DNA from: an uncultured Weeksellaceae bacterium
Lineage (GTDB): Bacteria > Bacteroidota > Bacteroidia > Flavobacteriales > Weeksellaceae
DNA length: 64,000 bases
Direction: 5' to 3'
Assembly (NCBI GenBank): GCA_963530025.1
Contig: CAUSBY010000020.1
Span: 2,765 to 66,764 of the forward strand
Shown here: positions 1 to 9,719 of the stretch, piece after piece
How positions within the stretch are numbered: the first letter of the stretch is position 1
Layout of the letters: each line of letters begins with the position of its first letter
The notes under the pieces: generated by a model
Seen by the model: only the letters and a program-made list of their open reading frames with translations
Told to the model about the DNA's origin: nothing
Databases searched by the model: none
Translations under genes and position numbers: made by a program

Positions 1-276
1 CCTCGACCTTTAAGAACATATTATTTGCCACTATATAATGAGGGACAAAAGAAAAGACATGATGTACGACCAGGAATTACAGGCTGGGCTCAGGTAAATG
101 GAAGGAATGCGATTTCATGGACAAAAAAATTCGAACTGGATGTATATTATGCAGATAATATATCCTTCTTACTAGATCTTAGAATCATATTTCTCACCAT
201 CAAAAAAGTGATAATAAAAGAAGGAATATCACAAGAAGGGCAAGCTACAGTTGAACGTTTTAATGGCTATAACTAA
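1..276 (+). CDS. Bacterial sugar transferase (PglC/WcaJ-like phosphoglycosyl transferase), 5'-truncated by window edge
   Basis: Frame open from base 1 (PRPL...); [14 protein letters not shown] and KFELDVYY motifs. Confidence 0.9.
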   Translation, partial: PRPLRTYYLPLYNEGQKKRHDVRPGITGWAQVNGRNAISWTKKFELDVYYADNISFLLDLRIIFLTIKKVIIKEGISQEGQATVERFNGYN

Positions 277-277
277 T

Positions 278-922
278 ATGAAGGAAAAATGTATCATCGT
301 AGGAGCAGGGACTTACGGACAAGTCTATGCAGAATATCTAAAAAATGATTATGATGTAGTTGGTTTTATTGATGATAATCACACACTTCATAATAAAGAA
401 ATAGAAGGAATTGAGGTTTTAGGGGATATTAATTATTTGCTGGAATCAATATCTATTGACGTAAAGATTTTTGTTCCAATTGGAAATGTCAATGCTAAGG
501 AAACTATATTAGAAAAAATTCGAAATAAAGGATTCAAGACACCTAATTTTATACATCCAACTGCTAATATTCATGATTCAGTTACTATTGGGGAGCAAGG
601 AGTTTATATTTTACAAGGAGTTGTGATAATGCCCTTAACTATAATAAATAATGACGTTATGATTAGTGCAGGGTCAATAATCTCTCATCATTCGGTAGTT
701 GAGGATGGATGCTTTATATCCTTCGGGGTTAACGTAGGAGCTTCACTTATAATAAGAAAAAAAGCTTATTTGGGCATAAGCTCTACAATTATGACCGGTG
801 TCAAAGAAGTAGGGGGAAATAGTACAATAGGAGCTGGTGCCGTTATTATAAGAGATGTTCCAGACTTTGCAGTAGTTGTAGGCAATCCTGGCAAGATCAT
901 AAAGTATAAAGGAGATAAGTAG
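278..922 (+). CDS. PglD/NeuD-family sugar acetyltransferase (hexapeptide repeats)
   Basis: N-terminal IVGAG...GFIDD, hexapeptide repeats, C-terminal VVVGNPGK; ATG at 278. Confidence 0.85.
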   Translation: MKEKCIIVGAGTYGQVYAEYLKNDYDVVGFIDDNHTLHNKEIEGIEVLGDINYLLESISIDVKIFVPIGNVNAKETILEKIRNKGFKTPNFIHPTANIHDSVTIGEQGVYILQGVVIMPLTIINNDVMISAGSIISHHSVVEDGCFISFGVNVGASLIIRKKAYLGISSTIMTGVKEVGGNSTIGAGAVIIRDVPDFAVVVGNPGKIIKYKGDK

Positions 923-1013
923 ATTCTTTTGATATAAAATTTTTCATTTTTTTCGGATGGCACAACGTTTGTAAATTGTAGAAAAGATAATTATAAACGA
1001 AAAATTTAGCAAT

Positions 1014-1604
1014 ATGAAAAAAATAATTTTTGGAGCAGCAGTTTTAGTAACAGGATTATTCTCTACAGCAAATGCTCAAATACAGGAAGGCAACTGGATG
1101 GTTGGAAGTAGTATTATTTCTAGTAATTTTGGTCTTAATACAGGTGCCGGTTACAGCATTGCTTTACAACCAAAAGCAGCTTATTTCATAAAAGATAATG
1201 TAGCATTAGGAGCTTATGTTGATTTGGGAATCAGTAAGGCGACCAAAGGAAGTCCAACGGGTTTTGATTATGGTGTTGGAGCCTTGGGACGTTATTATTT
1301 GTCTCCAGGAGAAAAGGGAGTTGATAATCTTTTGAATCACGGACGTTGGTTCTTCGAAGGTAATGCAGGTGTTGGAGGTTATTCTGTAGAAGATGGGCCG
1401 TCAACTACAGGTCTGGATTTTGGAGTTGGACCAGGTTATTCTTATTTCATTACGCCAAATATTGGATTAGAAGGTCTTGTAAAATACAAAGGTAGAGCAG
1501 GATTTGGTAATGAAGGATTGAACTCTAATATTACTTTCAATATAGGATTAAGTATCTATCTACCAACTTCTCACGCTAAAAGAATTGCAGAGGAAGCAAA
1601 ATAA
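1014..1604 (+). CDS. Outer-membrane beta-barrel protein
   Basis: Signal peptide ending ANA-Q; amphipathic aromatic strands (PKAAYFI, GPGYSYFI). Confidence 0.75.
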   Translation: MKKIIFGAAVLVTGLFSTANAQIQEGNWMVGSSIISSNFGLNTGAGYSIALQPKAAYFIKDNVALGAYVDLGISKATKGSPTGFDYGVGALGRYYLSPGEKGVDNLLNHGRWFFEGNAGVGGYSVEDGPSTTGLDFGVGPGYSYFITPNIGLEGLVKYKGRAGFGNEGLNSNITFNIGLSIYLPTSHAKRIAEEAK

Positions 1605-1624
1605 ATCTTAACTTTATAAAAGAT

Positions 1625-1649
1625 AAAACCGGCTTTTGTCGGTTTTTTT
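1625..1649 (+). terminator. Intrinsic terminator
   Basis: aaaaccggc-ttt-t-gtcggtttt hairpin followed by T-run. Confidence 0.7.
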
Positions 1650-1662
1650 ATTAATATTAATT

Positions 1663-2505
1663 ATGGAATATTTACACACGGTTTATGCCGTTCTACAAAG
1701 ATGGTATATTAGTTTTGCTGAGCTGACACCAAGATTGATTGTCGGGATATTAATATTTTTATTTTTCCTAATGACAAGCACCTATCTCAGTAGATGGTCT
1801 GTCAAACTCTTTCATAAATTCTTTCCAAAGACAAAAAGTGATTCTGTCGTAACGCTTATCGCGGTATTCAAATTTTTGATTATTCTGATGGGCACTTTCA
1901 TTGCATTAGAAATAATGGGTTTCAGTGGGTTTTTTATGAAGTTCTTAGGAAGTTTGGGAGTTGCTGGGGTTATTGCTGGGGTTGCACTGAAAGATTTGGT
2001 TTCGAGTATATTCTCAGGAATGTTGGTAAATGTAGATAAAGCTTTCAAAATAGGAGATTATGTCACCATTGGTGGAAACTCGGGAACGGTTCAGGATATC
2101 GGTTTGTTGACAACTAAATTAATTACTGATGACGGCAAAAAAGTTTATATTCCGAATCAAGTTATTTTCAATTCTCCATTTTTCAATATAACAGCATCGC
2201 CACAACGCAGGATTATTCTGGATTTCGAAATTCCTGTTGGTGAAGATATCACTAAAGCAAAACAAGCTGTTCTGGATGAAATAAAAACATTGGAACACAT
2301 TGACAAAGCCGATTCAATAGATGTTGTTTTTACTAATGTGAAACAAGGTCTGTTTACAATGCAGGTTAAGTTTTGGTTAGAGATTGGAGGCAATTTCACT
2401 AATGTGAAGAGTGATGCTATTATGAAAATCAATGAAAGACTTGTCAAAGAGAATATTGAACTCGTGACACCTACAAGTATTAATATCACTAATACAACAG
2501 CATAA
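1663..2505 (+). CDS. Small-conductance mechanosensitive channel (MscS family)
   Basis: TM helices, GVALKDLVSSIFSG, FKIGDYV...GTVQDIGLLTT, YIPN. Confidence 0.9.
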   Translation: MEYLHTVYAVLQRWYISFAELTPRLIVGILIFLFFLMTSTYLSRWSVKLFHKFFPKTKSDSVVTLIAVFKFLIILMGTFIALEIMGFSGFFMKFLGSLGVAGVIAGVALKDLVSSIFSGMLVNVDKAFKIGDYVTIGGNSGTVQDIGLLTTKLITDDGKKVYIPNQVIFNSPFFNITASPQRRIILDFEIPVGEDITKAKQAVLDEIKTLEHIDKADSIDVVFTNVKQGLFTMQVKFWLEIGGNFTNVKSDAIMKINERLVKENIELVTPTSINITNTTA

Positions 2506-2521
2506 AAATAAAACTCAGGAA

Positions 2522-3019
2522 TTATTTCTTGAGTTTTTTGTTTTTATTAAAATTAATAGAATCTTTCTCTTTTGGGATGTTTGCTACAGAATCGTTTTGA
2601 ATCATAGGTTTGCCCATTATAAAATCATTATTTTTTGGAAGTGTATCTTCTTCAATTTTAATCTCGCCAGTAATCGCGGAACAGTTCTCTTTAGACTTGG
2701 AACAACCTGTTAAGAATAAGATTAATGATAATAATCCTAATGAAAATCTATTATTTTGAAAACTTAAAGGAATATAATCGAAAAATCTTTCTTTGATTTT
2801 AATTGACTTCGAATCATTAATATTCAATTGATGATTATAAAATCTTCCACAAATACTATCATCGGATTTTTCTTCGATAATTTCTTGAATTTCCTGAGAG
2901 TTTTTTTCAGTAAAGTTAATCACACATTTGCTACAAATGGCACAGAATCTACCTTTTTCTTCCGGATTCATTTCGTTCCAATTTTCTGAACAAGGATTGG
3001 GAATGTAAATTTTATTCAT
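2522..3019 (-). CDS. Hypothetical protein with N-terminal Cys cluster (PCSENW...FCxxC...CGR)
   Basis: ORF with a Cys motif I recognise from Bacteroidetes proteins; internal lipobox-like LTGC. Confidence 0.65.
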   Translation of the reverse strand: MNKIYIPNPCSENWNEMNPEEKGRFCAICSKCVINFTEKNSQEIQEIIEEKSDDSICGRFYNHQLNINDSKSIKIKERFFDYIPLSFQNNRFSLGLLSLILFLTGCSKSKENCSAITGEIKIEEDTLPKNNDFIMGKPMIQNDSVANIPKEKDSINFNKNKKLKK

Positions 3020-3043
3020 CAATTTATTTTAAATCAATGCATT

Positions 3044-3073
3044 AAAAAACCGTTCCAAAAATGAAACGGTTTT
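3044..3073 (-). terminator. Intrinsic terminator of sucC
   Basis: aaaaccgtt/aacggtttt inverted repeat with A-run on the left. Confidence 0.6.
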
Positions 3074-3097
3074 CTATATTTATTTGAAAATTTTAGC

Positions 3098-4288
3098 TTA
3101 AGCTATAACTTCTTTTACTTTGTTTGCTGCTTCTTCCAAAGTAATTGCAGAGTGGATTGGTAATCCAGCTTCATCAATTAGTTTTTTAGCTTCTACAGCA
3201 TTAGTTCCTTGCAATCTTACGATTAATGGAACAGGTAGGCTTCCCATTGCGTTGTAAGCATCTACAACACCTTGAGCAACTCTGTCACATCTTACGATTC
3301 CTCCGAAGATGTTAATCAAGATAGCTTTTACGTTCGGGTCTCTCAAGATGATTCCGAAAGCTGTTTGTACTCTCGCTGCATCAGCAGTTCCACCCACGTC
3401 TAGGAAGTTTGCAGGGTTACCTCCAGACAATTTAATGATATCCATAGTTGCCATTGCAAGACCAGCTCCGTTTACCATACAAGCAACGTTTCCGTCCAAT
3501 TTTACGAAGTTAAGACCAGCTTCACCAGCTTCAACATCCAATGGGTCTTCTTCTCTTGTATCTCTTAGTTCAGCAAGGTCTTTGTGACGGTACAATGCGT
3601 TACCATCCAAAGTTACTTTTGCATCTACAGCAATGATTTTGTTGTCAGAAGTCTTAAGAACTGGGTTAATCTCAAAAAGAGAAGCATCAATTCCTACATA
3701 AGCGTTGTATAATGAAGTAATGAATTTTGTAAATTCTTTGAAAGCATTACCTTCCAATCCAAGACCGAAAGCAATTTTTCTAGCTTGGAAACCTTGTAAT
3801 CCATAAGCTGGGTCAATTACCTCTTTGTGAATCAAATGAGGTGTTACTTCAGCAACGTGCTCGATATCCATTCCACCTTCTGTAGAATAAACGATTGTAT
3901 TTTTACCCAAAGCTCTGTCCAAAAGGATAGAAACGTAAAATTCTTTAGTTTCAGTTTCTCCTGGATAATATACGTCTTCAGCTACCAAAACAGAATTTAC
4001 CAATTTACCTTCAGCAGAAGTCTGAGGTGTAATTAGTTGCATCCCGATGATGTTTCCAGCGTTTTCTTTAAGTTTATCCATATTTGGAGAGAACTTAACA
4101 CCGCCACCTTTTCCACGTCCACCTGCGTGGATTTGAGCTTTTACAACCCATCCTTGTGCGCCGGTTTCAGCAGTTAATTTTTCAGCAGCAACAACTGCTT
4201 CGTCCACATTGTTTGCAACAAAACCACGTTGGATGTTAACCCCGTATTTTGCTAAAATCTCTTTTGATTGATACTCGTGAAGATTCAT
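3098..4288 (-). CDS. sucC: Succinyl-CoA synthetase beta subunit
   Basis: [39 protein letters not shown]. Confidence 0.97.
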   Translation of the reverse strand: MNLHEYQSKEILAKYGVNIQRGFVANNVDEAVVAAEKLTAETGAQGWVVKAQIHAGGRGKGGGVKFSPNMDKLKENAGNIIGMQLITPQTSAEGKLVNSVLVAEDVYYPGETETKEFYVSILLDRALGKNTIVYSTEGGMDIEHVAEVTPHLIHKEVIDPAYGLQGFQARKIAFGLGLEGNAFKEFTKFITSLYNAYVGIDASLFEINPVLKTSDNKIIAVDAKVTLDGNALYRHKDLAELRDTREEDPLDVEAGEAGLNFVKLDGNVACMVNGAGLAMATMDIIKLSGGNPANFLDVGGTADAARVQTAFGIILRDPNVKAILINIFGGIVRCDRVAQGVVDAYNAMGSLPVPLIVRLQGTNAVEAKKLIDEAGLPIHSAITLEEAANKVKEVIA

Positions 4289-4453
4289 AATATGTTTTGA
4301 TTAATTTTTAAATTTTATAAGATTGACAAATTTAAGAAAAAGTGACGAATTACATTATATAATTGTCTGATTGAAATCAGTTTTAGCAATTATAATAGTT
4401 CGGGGATAATTTCAATTATTAATTAATAATTTGGAAAATATTTACAGCATTTT

Positions 4454-4804
4454 TTATTTAACTTTTTTATACTTTCTTTTCAAATATTTTCTATTTATTG
4501 CTTGAATATCGTTGATGACGACATCTTTTAAAGAATCTTGTTTTCTCTGTAAATTAAGTAAAAGTAATCTTTTTGAAAAACTCCATTCTCCTAAATAAGT
4601 TTTATTGTCAAATTCATCAAATCCCCAATAAATTTGTATTCTTTTAAAAGTTTTATCTTTAAATAAAATGATACTGTCCTTTTCTGTGTGATTTTTATAT
4701 TTGTTTGAATAGATGTTTTTTCTTGTCAAAACATAAATCGACTCAACTTTTTGACTTAGAAAAAAGTTAGTTGAAATTAGAAATACGAAAAGAAAAAGTT
4801 TCAT
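4454..4804 (-). CDS. Hypothetical exported protein
   Basis: ORF with signal-peptide-like N-terminus; very AT-rich. Confidence 0.55.
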   Translation of the reverse strand: MKLFLFVFLISTNFFLSQKVESIYVLTRKNIYSNKYKNHTEKDSIILFKDKTFKRIQIYWGFDEFDNKTYLGEWSFSKRLLLLNLQRKQDSLKDVVINDIQAINRKYLKRKYKKVK

Positions 4805-5191
4805 TTAAAACTTCACTTTCACAAAATACCAAATCAACATCGCCCAGCTGATAATCATAAACAATCCACCAAGTGGAGTAATTGGTCCGAGAAATTTCAG
4901 ATTAACGCCCCAAACATCTTGGAAACTGAGGAAATAAATACTTACGGAAAACAAGAAAGTTCCTGCAATCATCAGAATAGAAATCCATTTTTCAGATGAG
5001 GTTTCAAATTTCAAAATATAACCGACAATCAATAAAAAGAAAGCCGCATAAATCTGATATCTAACACCAGTTTCAAAGCTCTCAAGTCTTTCCACAGATA
5101 ATATTTTTTTGAATGCGTGCGCTCCAAATGCACCCAGAATTACGGATAACAAACCGTAGATTCCGCCTATGATTAAAGTAAAGTTTTTCAT
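4805..5191 (-). CDS. DUF423 family membrane protein
   Basis: LGAFGAH, ETGVRYQ, GPITPLGG; start at MKNFT (5191). Confidence 0.88.
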   Translation of the reverse strand: MKNFTLIIGGIYGLLSVILGAFGAHAFKKILSVERLESFETGVRYQIYAAFFLLIVGYILKFETSSEKWISILMIAGTFLFSVSIYFLSFQDVWGVNLKFLGPITPLGGLFMIISWAMLIWYFVKVKF

Positions 5192-5193
5192 TT

Positions 5194-5364
5194 TTATAAT
5201 TCTCCTTTTTGATTTAAAATAATAATTCTTCCAACCAGTGTAACGATTCCTAAGATAATAAAAAGCCAAGCAAATCTTTTGGAACTAGCAAAACCCAAGT
5301 TTTTTGTAAACTTTAGAAATATTCCAAAAACCAGCATAAAAGCTGAAAGTGCGATTCCAAACAT
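5194..5364 (-). CDS. Small 56-aa two-helix membrane protein (below ORF-track cutoff)
   Basis: Manual translation MFGIALSAFMLVFGIFLKFTKNLGFASSKRFAWLFIILGIVTLVGRIIILNQKGEL*; fills the gap between HMG-CoA reductase and DUF423 with 2-3 nt spacers. Confidence 0.75.
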   Translation of the reverse strand: MFGIALSAFMLVFGIFLKFTKNLGFASSKRFAWLFIILGIVTLVGRIIILNQKGEL

Positions 5365-5367
5365 ATT

Positions 5368-6696
5368 CTATTTCTGTCTCAATTTTTCCAATTCCGCAAT
5401 CACCTCGTGATGACTTACCGTTTTATCTTTGAAATAAGTCACAAAATGCTGTTTCTCTTCTTCCGTTGCTCCAAACTGATTCAGAATGTTGAAAAGGTGC
5501 ATTTTCATATGACCTTTTTGGATTCCTGTTGTCACTAAAGAACGAAGCGCTCCAAAATTCTGAGCCAATCCAGAAACCGCTAAAATACTCATCAATTCCT
5601 GAGCAGATGGTTTTCCTAGCAAAGCCAAAGAGAATTTAACCAAAGGATGAAGATTCGTTAATCCACCAACAACACCAACAGAAATCGGTAAGTCAATCCA
5701 AAATCTGAAAATCCCGTTATCCGTTGTGCAATGTGTTAATGAAGAATATTTTCCGTTTCTCGCTGCATAAGCGTGAGCGCAAGCTTCTGTCGCACGAAAA
5801 TCATTTCCGGTGGCGATTACAACCGCATCCACACCATTCATAATTCCTTTGTTGTGAGTTGTTGCTCTGTAAGGCTCGATTTCTGCAATCGTCACAGCAC
5901 GTTTGAATTTCCAAGCAAATTCTTCATTGGAAATTCCGCTATCGTCTTTCAAATCTTCAATTTTACAGGAAACTTCAGCTCTTACGACGCAATCTGGCGT
6001 GTAATTAGAAAGAATATTCATCACAATTTGAAGCGATTCTTTTTCTTCCTGAGAAAATTCGTTTTCGTTTGCAACTTCTTCTTTCAAAGTTTTTCCGAAC
6101 TGCTCCAGACAAGAATTAATAAAATTAGCGCCCATCGAATCTACTGTATCAAAACTCGCTTTCAGTTGGAAATAATTTTCCAATTCAGAAGTTTTATCAA
6201 TCAGTTTGATATCCAAAATTCCGCCGCCTCTTTTTCTCATATTAGCAGTAATATCTTCAGTAGCTTCAAGTAGTTTTTTCTTCAATTTAAAATTGAAAAA
6301 ATGAAGCAGTTTATGTGGCTCAACATTCAGGACAAAATGAGTGTGACCGAGTTTTTCTGTATTGATAATCGTCGTCTTGAAACCACCTTTATCCAGCCAG
6401 AATTTTGCAGCTTTGGAAGCAGCGGCTACAACCGAACTTTCTTCCACAGCCATTGGAAGTGCCAGAAGTTTTCCGTCAATCAGGAAATTTGGAGCAATTC
6501 CGTAAGGCATATAAAAATTGGAAATCGTATTTTCCGAGAACTCTTCGTGAAGTTTTTGCAGGTCGTGGTCGTTATTCCAATATTGCTGTAAAATCTGCTC
6601 GTAACTTCTGTCATTACTTAGATATTCGGAAATAAGCCAGTCGATTTTTCTTTGTTTAGAAAGTTTTGAAAACCCTTCAACAGGTTGATGATTCAT
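5368..6696 (-). CDS. mvaA: Class II hydroxymethylglutaryl-CoA reductase
   Basis: EESSVVAAAS, DSMGAN, RATTHNKGIMNG, GIQKGHMKMH. Confidence 0.93.
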   Translation of the reverse strand: MNHQPVEGFSKLSKQRKIDWLISEYLSNDRSYEQILQQYWNNDHDLQKLHEEFSENTISNFYMPYGIAPNFLIDGKLLALPMAVEESSVVAAASKAAKFWLDKGGFKTTIINTEKLGHTHFVLNVEPHKLLHFFNFKLKKKLLEATEDITANMRKRGGGILDIKLIDKTSELENYFQLKASFDTVDSMGANFINSCLEQFGKTLKEEVANENEFSQEEKESLQIVMNILSNYTPDCVVRAEVSCKIEDLKDDSGISNEEFAWKFKRAVTIAEIEPYRATTHNKGIMNGVDAVVIATGNDFRATEACAHAYAARNGKYSSLTHCTTDNGIFRFWIDLPISVGVVGGLTNLHPLVKFSLALLGKPSAQELMSILAVSGLAQNFGALRSLVTTGIQKGHMKMHLFNILNQFGATEEEKQHFVTYFKDKTVSHHEVIAELEKLRQK

Positions 6697-6842
6697 ATCA
6701 AAAATTTATGTTGGTAAAGATATAAATTTTAACAGTTTTTGTTGATAACTTAATGCATTTAAATGTTGACTTTTCTCAATTATGGAATTATTTTTGACAT
6801 TCAATTCTGAATCAATTCCATTCAAAAAATTAGCTTTCAAAA

Positions 6843-8099
6843 ATGAATTTCGACCGCATAAAAGAAAAACTCGAGATACTTGCAGATGCTGCGAAGTATG
6901 ACGTTTCGTGTTCTTCAAGCGGTGGAACAAGAAAAAATAATGGTGGTTTGGGCGACAGTTCAGCAAGTGGAATCTGTCATACTTATACAGAAGACGGACG
7001 TTGTGTCTCGCTTCTCAAAATCCTTTTGACCAATCATTGTATTTACGATTGCATCTATTGTGTTTCCAGGAAGTCGAATGACATCAAACGTGCCGCTTTC
7101 ACAGTAGAAGAAGTTGTTGATTTGACCATCAGTTTTTATAGACGAAATTACATCGAAGGTTTGTTTCTAAGTTCTGGAATTTTTAAAGATGCAGATACAA
7201 CAATGGAACGTTTGGTTCGAGTGGCTAAAAAGTTGAGAACCGAACATAATTTCAATGGTTATATTCATTTAAAATCAATTCCTGGTGCGAGTGATGATTT
7301 GATGAATGAAGCTGCGCTTTATGCCGACCGATTATCCGTTAATCTTGAAATTCCGACAGAATCTGGACTGAAATTATTGGCACCAGATAAAAATCGTGAA
7401 GATATGCTTCAGCCGATGAGAATCGTTCAAAAAGGAATTCAGCAATATAAAGACGAGAAAAAAATAATCCGAAGCGCTCCGAAATTTGCTCCTGCAGGAC
7501 AATCAACCCAAATGATTGTTGGTGCGACTAATGAAAATGATTTACAAATCATCAAAGTCGCTGACCATTTCTATAAAAATTATGGAATGAAACGCGTTTA
7601 TTATTCTGGCTATATTCCTGTAACTGTGGATAATCGTTTGCCTGCAATTACGGCAGAAGTTCCTGTTTTGAGGGAAAACCGTTTGTATCAATCCGATTGG
7701 CTGATGCGTTTTTATGGTTTTAAAGCGGATGAAATTCTGGATTCTGGTATGCCATTTCTGGATTTAGAGGTTGACCCAAAACTAAGTTGGGCTTTGCGAA
7801 ATCTTGACCAATTTCCAATTAATTTGCAGACTGCAGATTATAAAATGATTCTCAGAATTCCTGGAATTGGAGTGAAAACGGCGCAGAAAATTGTGAGTGC
7901 AAGACAATTTCAGGTTTTAACTATTGACCATCTTAAGAAACTCGGTGCAGCGGTGAATCGTGCCAAATATTTTATTGATTTCACTTATGGTAATCCATTT
8001 CTAAAATATTTAACCGATTTGAATTTGAGAAAACTGATTATCGGCGGATGTCAATCCAAATTTCAGAATCAGTTTTCTCAGCAATTGACATTGTTCTAA
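6843..8099 (+). CDS. Putative DNA modification/repair radical SAM protein (TIGR03916-type)
   Basis: LADAAKYDVSCSSSG, CIYDCIYC radical SAM motif, HhH (RIPGIG), C-terminal QLTLF clamp-binding-like motif. Confidence 0.92.
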   Translation: MNFDRIKEKLEILADAAKYDVSCSSSGGTRKNNGGLGDSSASGICHTYTEDGRCVSLLKILLTNHCIYDCIYCVSRKSNDIKRAAFTVEEVVDLTISFYRRNYIEGLFLSSGIFKDADTTMERLVRVAKKLRTEHNFNGYIHLKSIPGASDDLMNEAALYADRLSVNLEIPTESGLKLLAPDKNREDMLQPMRIVQKGIQQYKDEKKIIRSAPKFAPAGQSTQMIVGATNENDLQIIKVADHFYKNYGMKRVYYSGYIPVTVDNRLPAITAEVPVLRENRLYQSDWLMRFYGFKADEILDSGMPFLDLEVDPKLSWALRNLDQFPINLQTADYKMILRIPGIGVKTAQKIVSARQFQVLTIDHLKKLGAAVNRAKYFIDFTYGNPFLKYLTDLNLRKLIIGGCQSKFQNQFSQQLTLF

Positions 8100-8131
8100 T
8101 TATAAAGGCTTCGAGAGCCTCAGCCTGACAA
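8083..8131 (+). repeat. Left copy of 49-bp direct repeat flanking the TA cassette
   Basis: 44/49 identical to 8773-8821 by manual alignment. Confidence 0.9.
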
Positions 8132-8182
8132 TAATTCTTTAAGATTAGTATTAGAAATGTCACACTGAGCGGAGTCGAAGTG
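8106..8182. repeat. REP/REPIN-like inverted pair (family A)
   Basis: ggcttcgagagcctcagcctgaca ... tgtcacactgagcggagtcgaagtg; related copies at 8796, 13022, 22642. Confidence 0.8.
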
Positions 8183-8248
8183 TTTTAATGATTATCTATA
8201 TTTGCTAAATTTAGACATAATTTGTACCTTCGAAAAAAAGAATTCACA

Positions 8249-8485
8249 ATGAATGTTAGTTTCACAAAAAAACAGGAAGAATATATTTCGAATCAAATAG
8301 AATCTGGAGATTTTCAAAATGCTAGTGAAGTGGTGCGTGATGCGTTGCGTCTTCACGAAGTTTATCGTCATCGAGTTATTCAGGATTTGAAAACTGAGAT
8401 TGAAAAAGGCTGGAACGATTCTTCGAGTTCTCGTTCAATAAAAGACATTATTCAATCCAAGAAAAATAAAATAAAGAATGTCTAG
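8249..8485 (+). CDS. ParD-family antitoxin (ribbon-helix-helix)
   Basis: MNVSFT...SGDFQNASEVVRDALR; overlaps the toxin start. Confidence 0.9.
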   Translation: MNVSFTKKQEEYISNQIESGDFQNASEVVRDALRLHEVYRHRVIQDLKTEIEKGWNDSSSSRSIKDIIQSKKNKIKNV

Positions 8486-8774
8486 AAAAATCTACATTTT
8501 ATCAGAAATTGCTGATAAAGATTTGGAAGATATTTTTGATTATACTTTGGACGAGTTTGGGTTTGACCAAGCGGAAAAATATCTTTTAGAGATTGAAGAG
8601 ATTTTTCAAAATTTGATTGTAAATCCACAAATAGGGAAAAAACGAGACGAAATAAAAAAAGGTTTATATAGTTTTCCAAAAGACAACCATATTATTTTCT
8701 ACAGGATTCTGGATAATCACATTCGTATTGTCAGAGTTCTTCACGGGAGTCGAGATATTCCGAAGTATTTTTAA
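8478..8774 (+). CDS. ParE/RelE-family toxin
   Basis: ADKDLEDIFDYT..FG..QAEKY, HIIFYR, IVRVLHGSRD. Confidence 0.92.
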   Translation: MSRKIYILSEIADKDLEDIFDYTLDEFGFDQAEKYLLEIEEIFQNLIVNPQIGKKRDEIKKGLYSFPKDNHIIFYRILDNHIRIVRVLHGSRDIPKYF

Positions 8775-8821
8775 TCGACTTTGTTTTAATTATATAGGCT
8801 TCGAGAACCTCAGCCTGACAA
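8773..8821 (+). repeat. Right copy of 49-bp direct repeat flanking the TA cassette
   Basis: 44/49 identical to 8083-8131. Confidence 0.9.
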
Positions 8822-8882
8822 CGCCAACACTAAAACTCTCAAACACTCCAACTCTCAAATCCAAAAACTCTTCAACTCAAAA

Positions 8883-9647
8883 ATGACAACCCTTCTCTAC
8901 GACGGAACTTTCGACGGACTTTTTACAGCGATATTTGAAGTTTTCGAATACCGTTATCAGGATGTGGAAATCAAAAACAGAGAAACTTTTCAGCAGGAAA
9001 ATATGTTTGCGGAAATTCACGAGGTTGTGACGCAAACAGAAAAATCAGAAAGAGTTCTCAATAAAATAGAACAAAATATTGGCAAGTCAGGAATCAATCA
9101 ATTAATCAAAGTTTATCTTTCTGAAGATTCAGAATTAGAACAACTCATTTTTTCTGCAGTAAAACAATCCATCAAATATCCAAACGATAATATTCTCCAA
9201 AATTTCGCTAACGATGACATTCTCAAAATCTCAAAAATCTGTAAATCCGTTAGTCGTGAAAGACACAGAATGACCGCTTTTGTCAGGTTCGAAAAAATGC
9301 AGGACGACATTTATTTTGCAAAAATCGACCCGGATTTCAATGTGTTGCCTCTAATCAGAAAACATTTCAAAGACCGATACGCGGACCAAAAGTGGATGAT
9401 TTATGATTTGAGAAGACATTACGGATTGTTCTATGATTTGGAAAATTGCGAATTCTTTTATCCCGATGAAAAACTGAATTTCAATCTGTATAAAGAAAAA
9501 TTCCACGACGAAGAGAAAAAATATCAAACGCTCTGGCAAAGCTATTTCACCAAAACCAATATCAAAGAACGCAAAAATACAAAGCTCCACATCCAGCACG
9601 TTCCGAAACGTTATTGGAAATATTTGACCGAGAAATACAATTCTTAA
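8883..9647 (+). CDS. TIGR03915-family putative DNA repair protein (DUF4130)
   Basis: YDGTFDGLFTAIF, RERHRMTAFVRF, HFKDRYADQKWMIYD, PKRYWKYLTE. Confidence 0.92.
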   Translation: MTTLLYDGTFDGLFTAIFEVFEYRYQDVEIKNRETFQQENMFAEIHEVVTQTEKSERVLNKIEQNIGKSGINQLIKVYLSEDSELEQLIFSAVKQSIKYPNDNILQNFANDDILKISKICKSVSRERHRMTAFVRFEKMQDDIYFAKIDPDFNVLPLIRKHFKDRYADQKWMIYDLRRHYGLFYDLENCEFFYPDEKLNFNLYKEKFHDEEKKYQTLWQSYFTKTNIKERKNTKLHIQHVPKRYWKYLTEKYNS

Positions 9648-9719
9648 CTTACATCAATGTGAGGGAAATCTGACCATCCTAAATTTGCATCATAATTAAA
9701 CAACAAAATATTAAAAATT

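Noticed and set aside
3098..4288. sucC without adjacent sucD (and clpX without clpP, hutH without hutU)
   Set aside because: Dispersed pathway genes are common in Flavobacteriales; not treated as notable.
5368..6696. HMG-CoA reductase as a sign of horizontal transfer
   Set aside because: The mevalonate route is known in many Flavobacteriales, and the composition looks native.
8083..8821. CRISPR array or IS element
   Set aside because: Only two repeat copies 690 bp apart, no spacers, cas genes or transposase.
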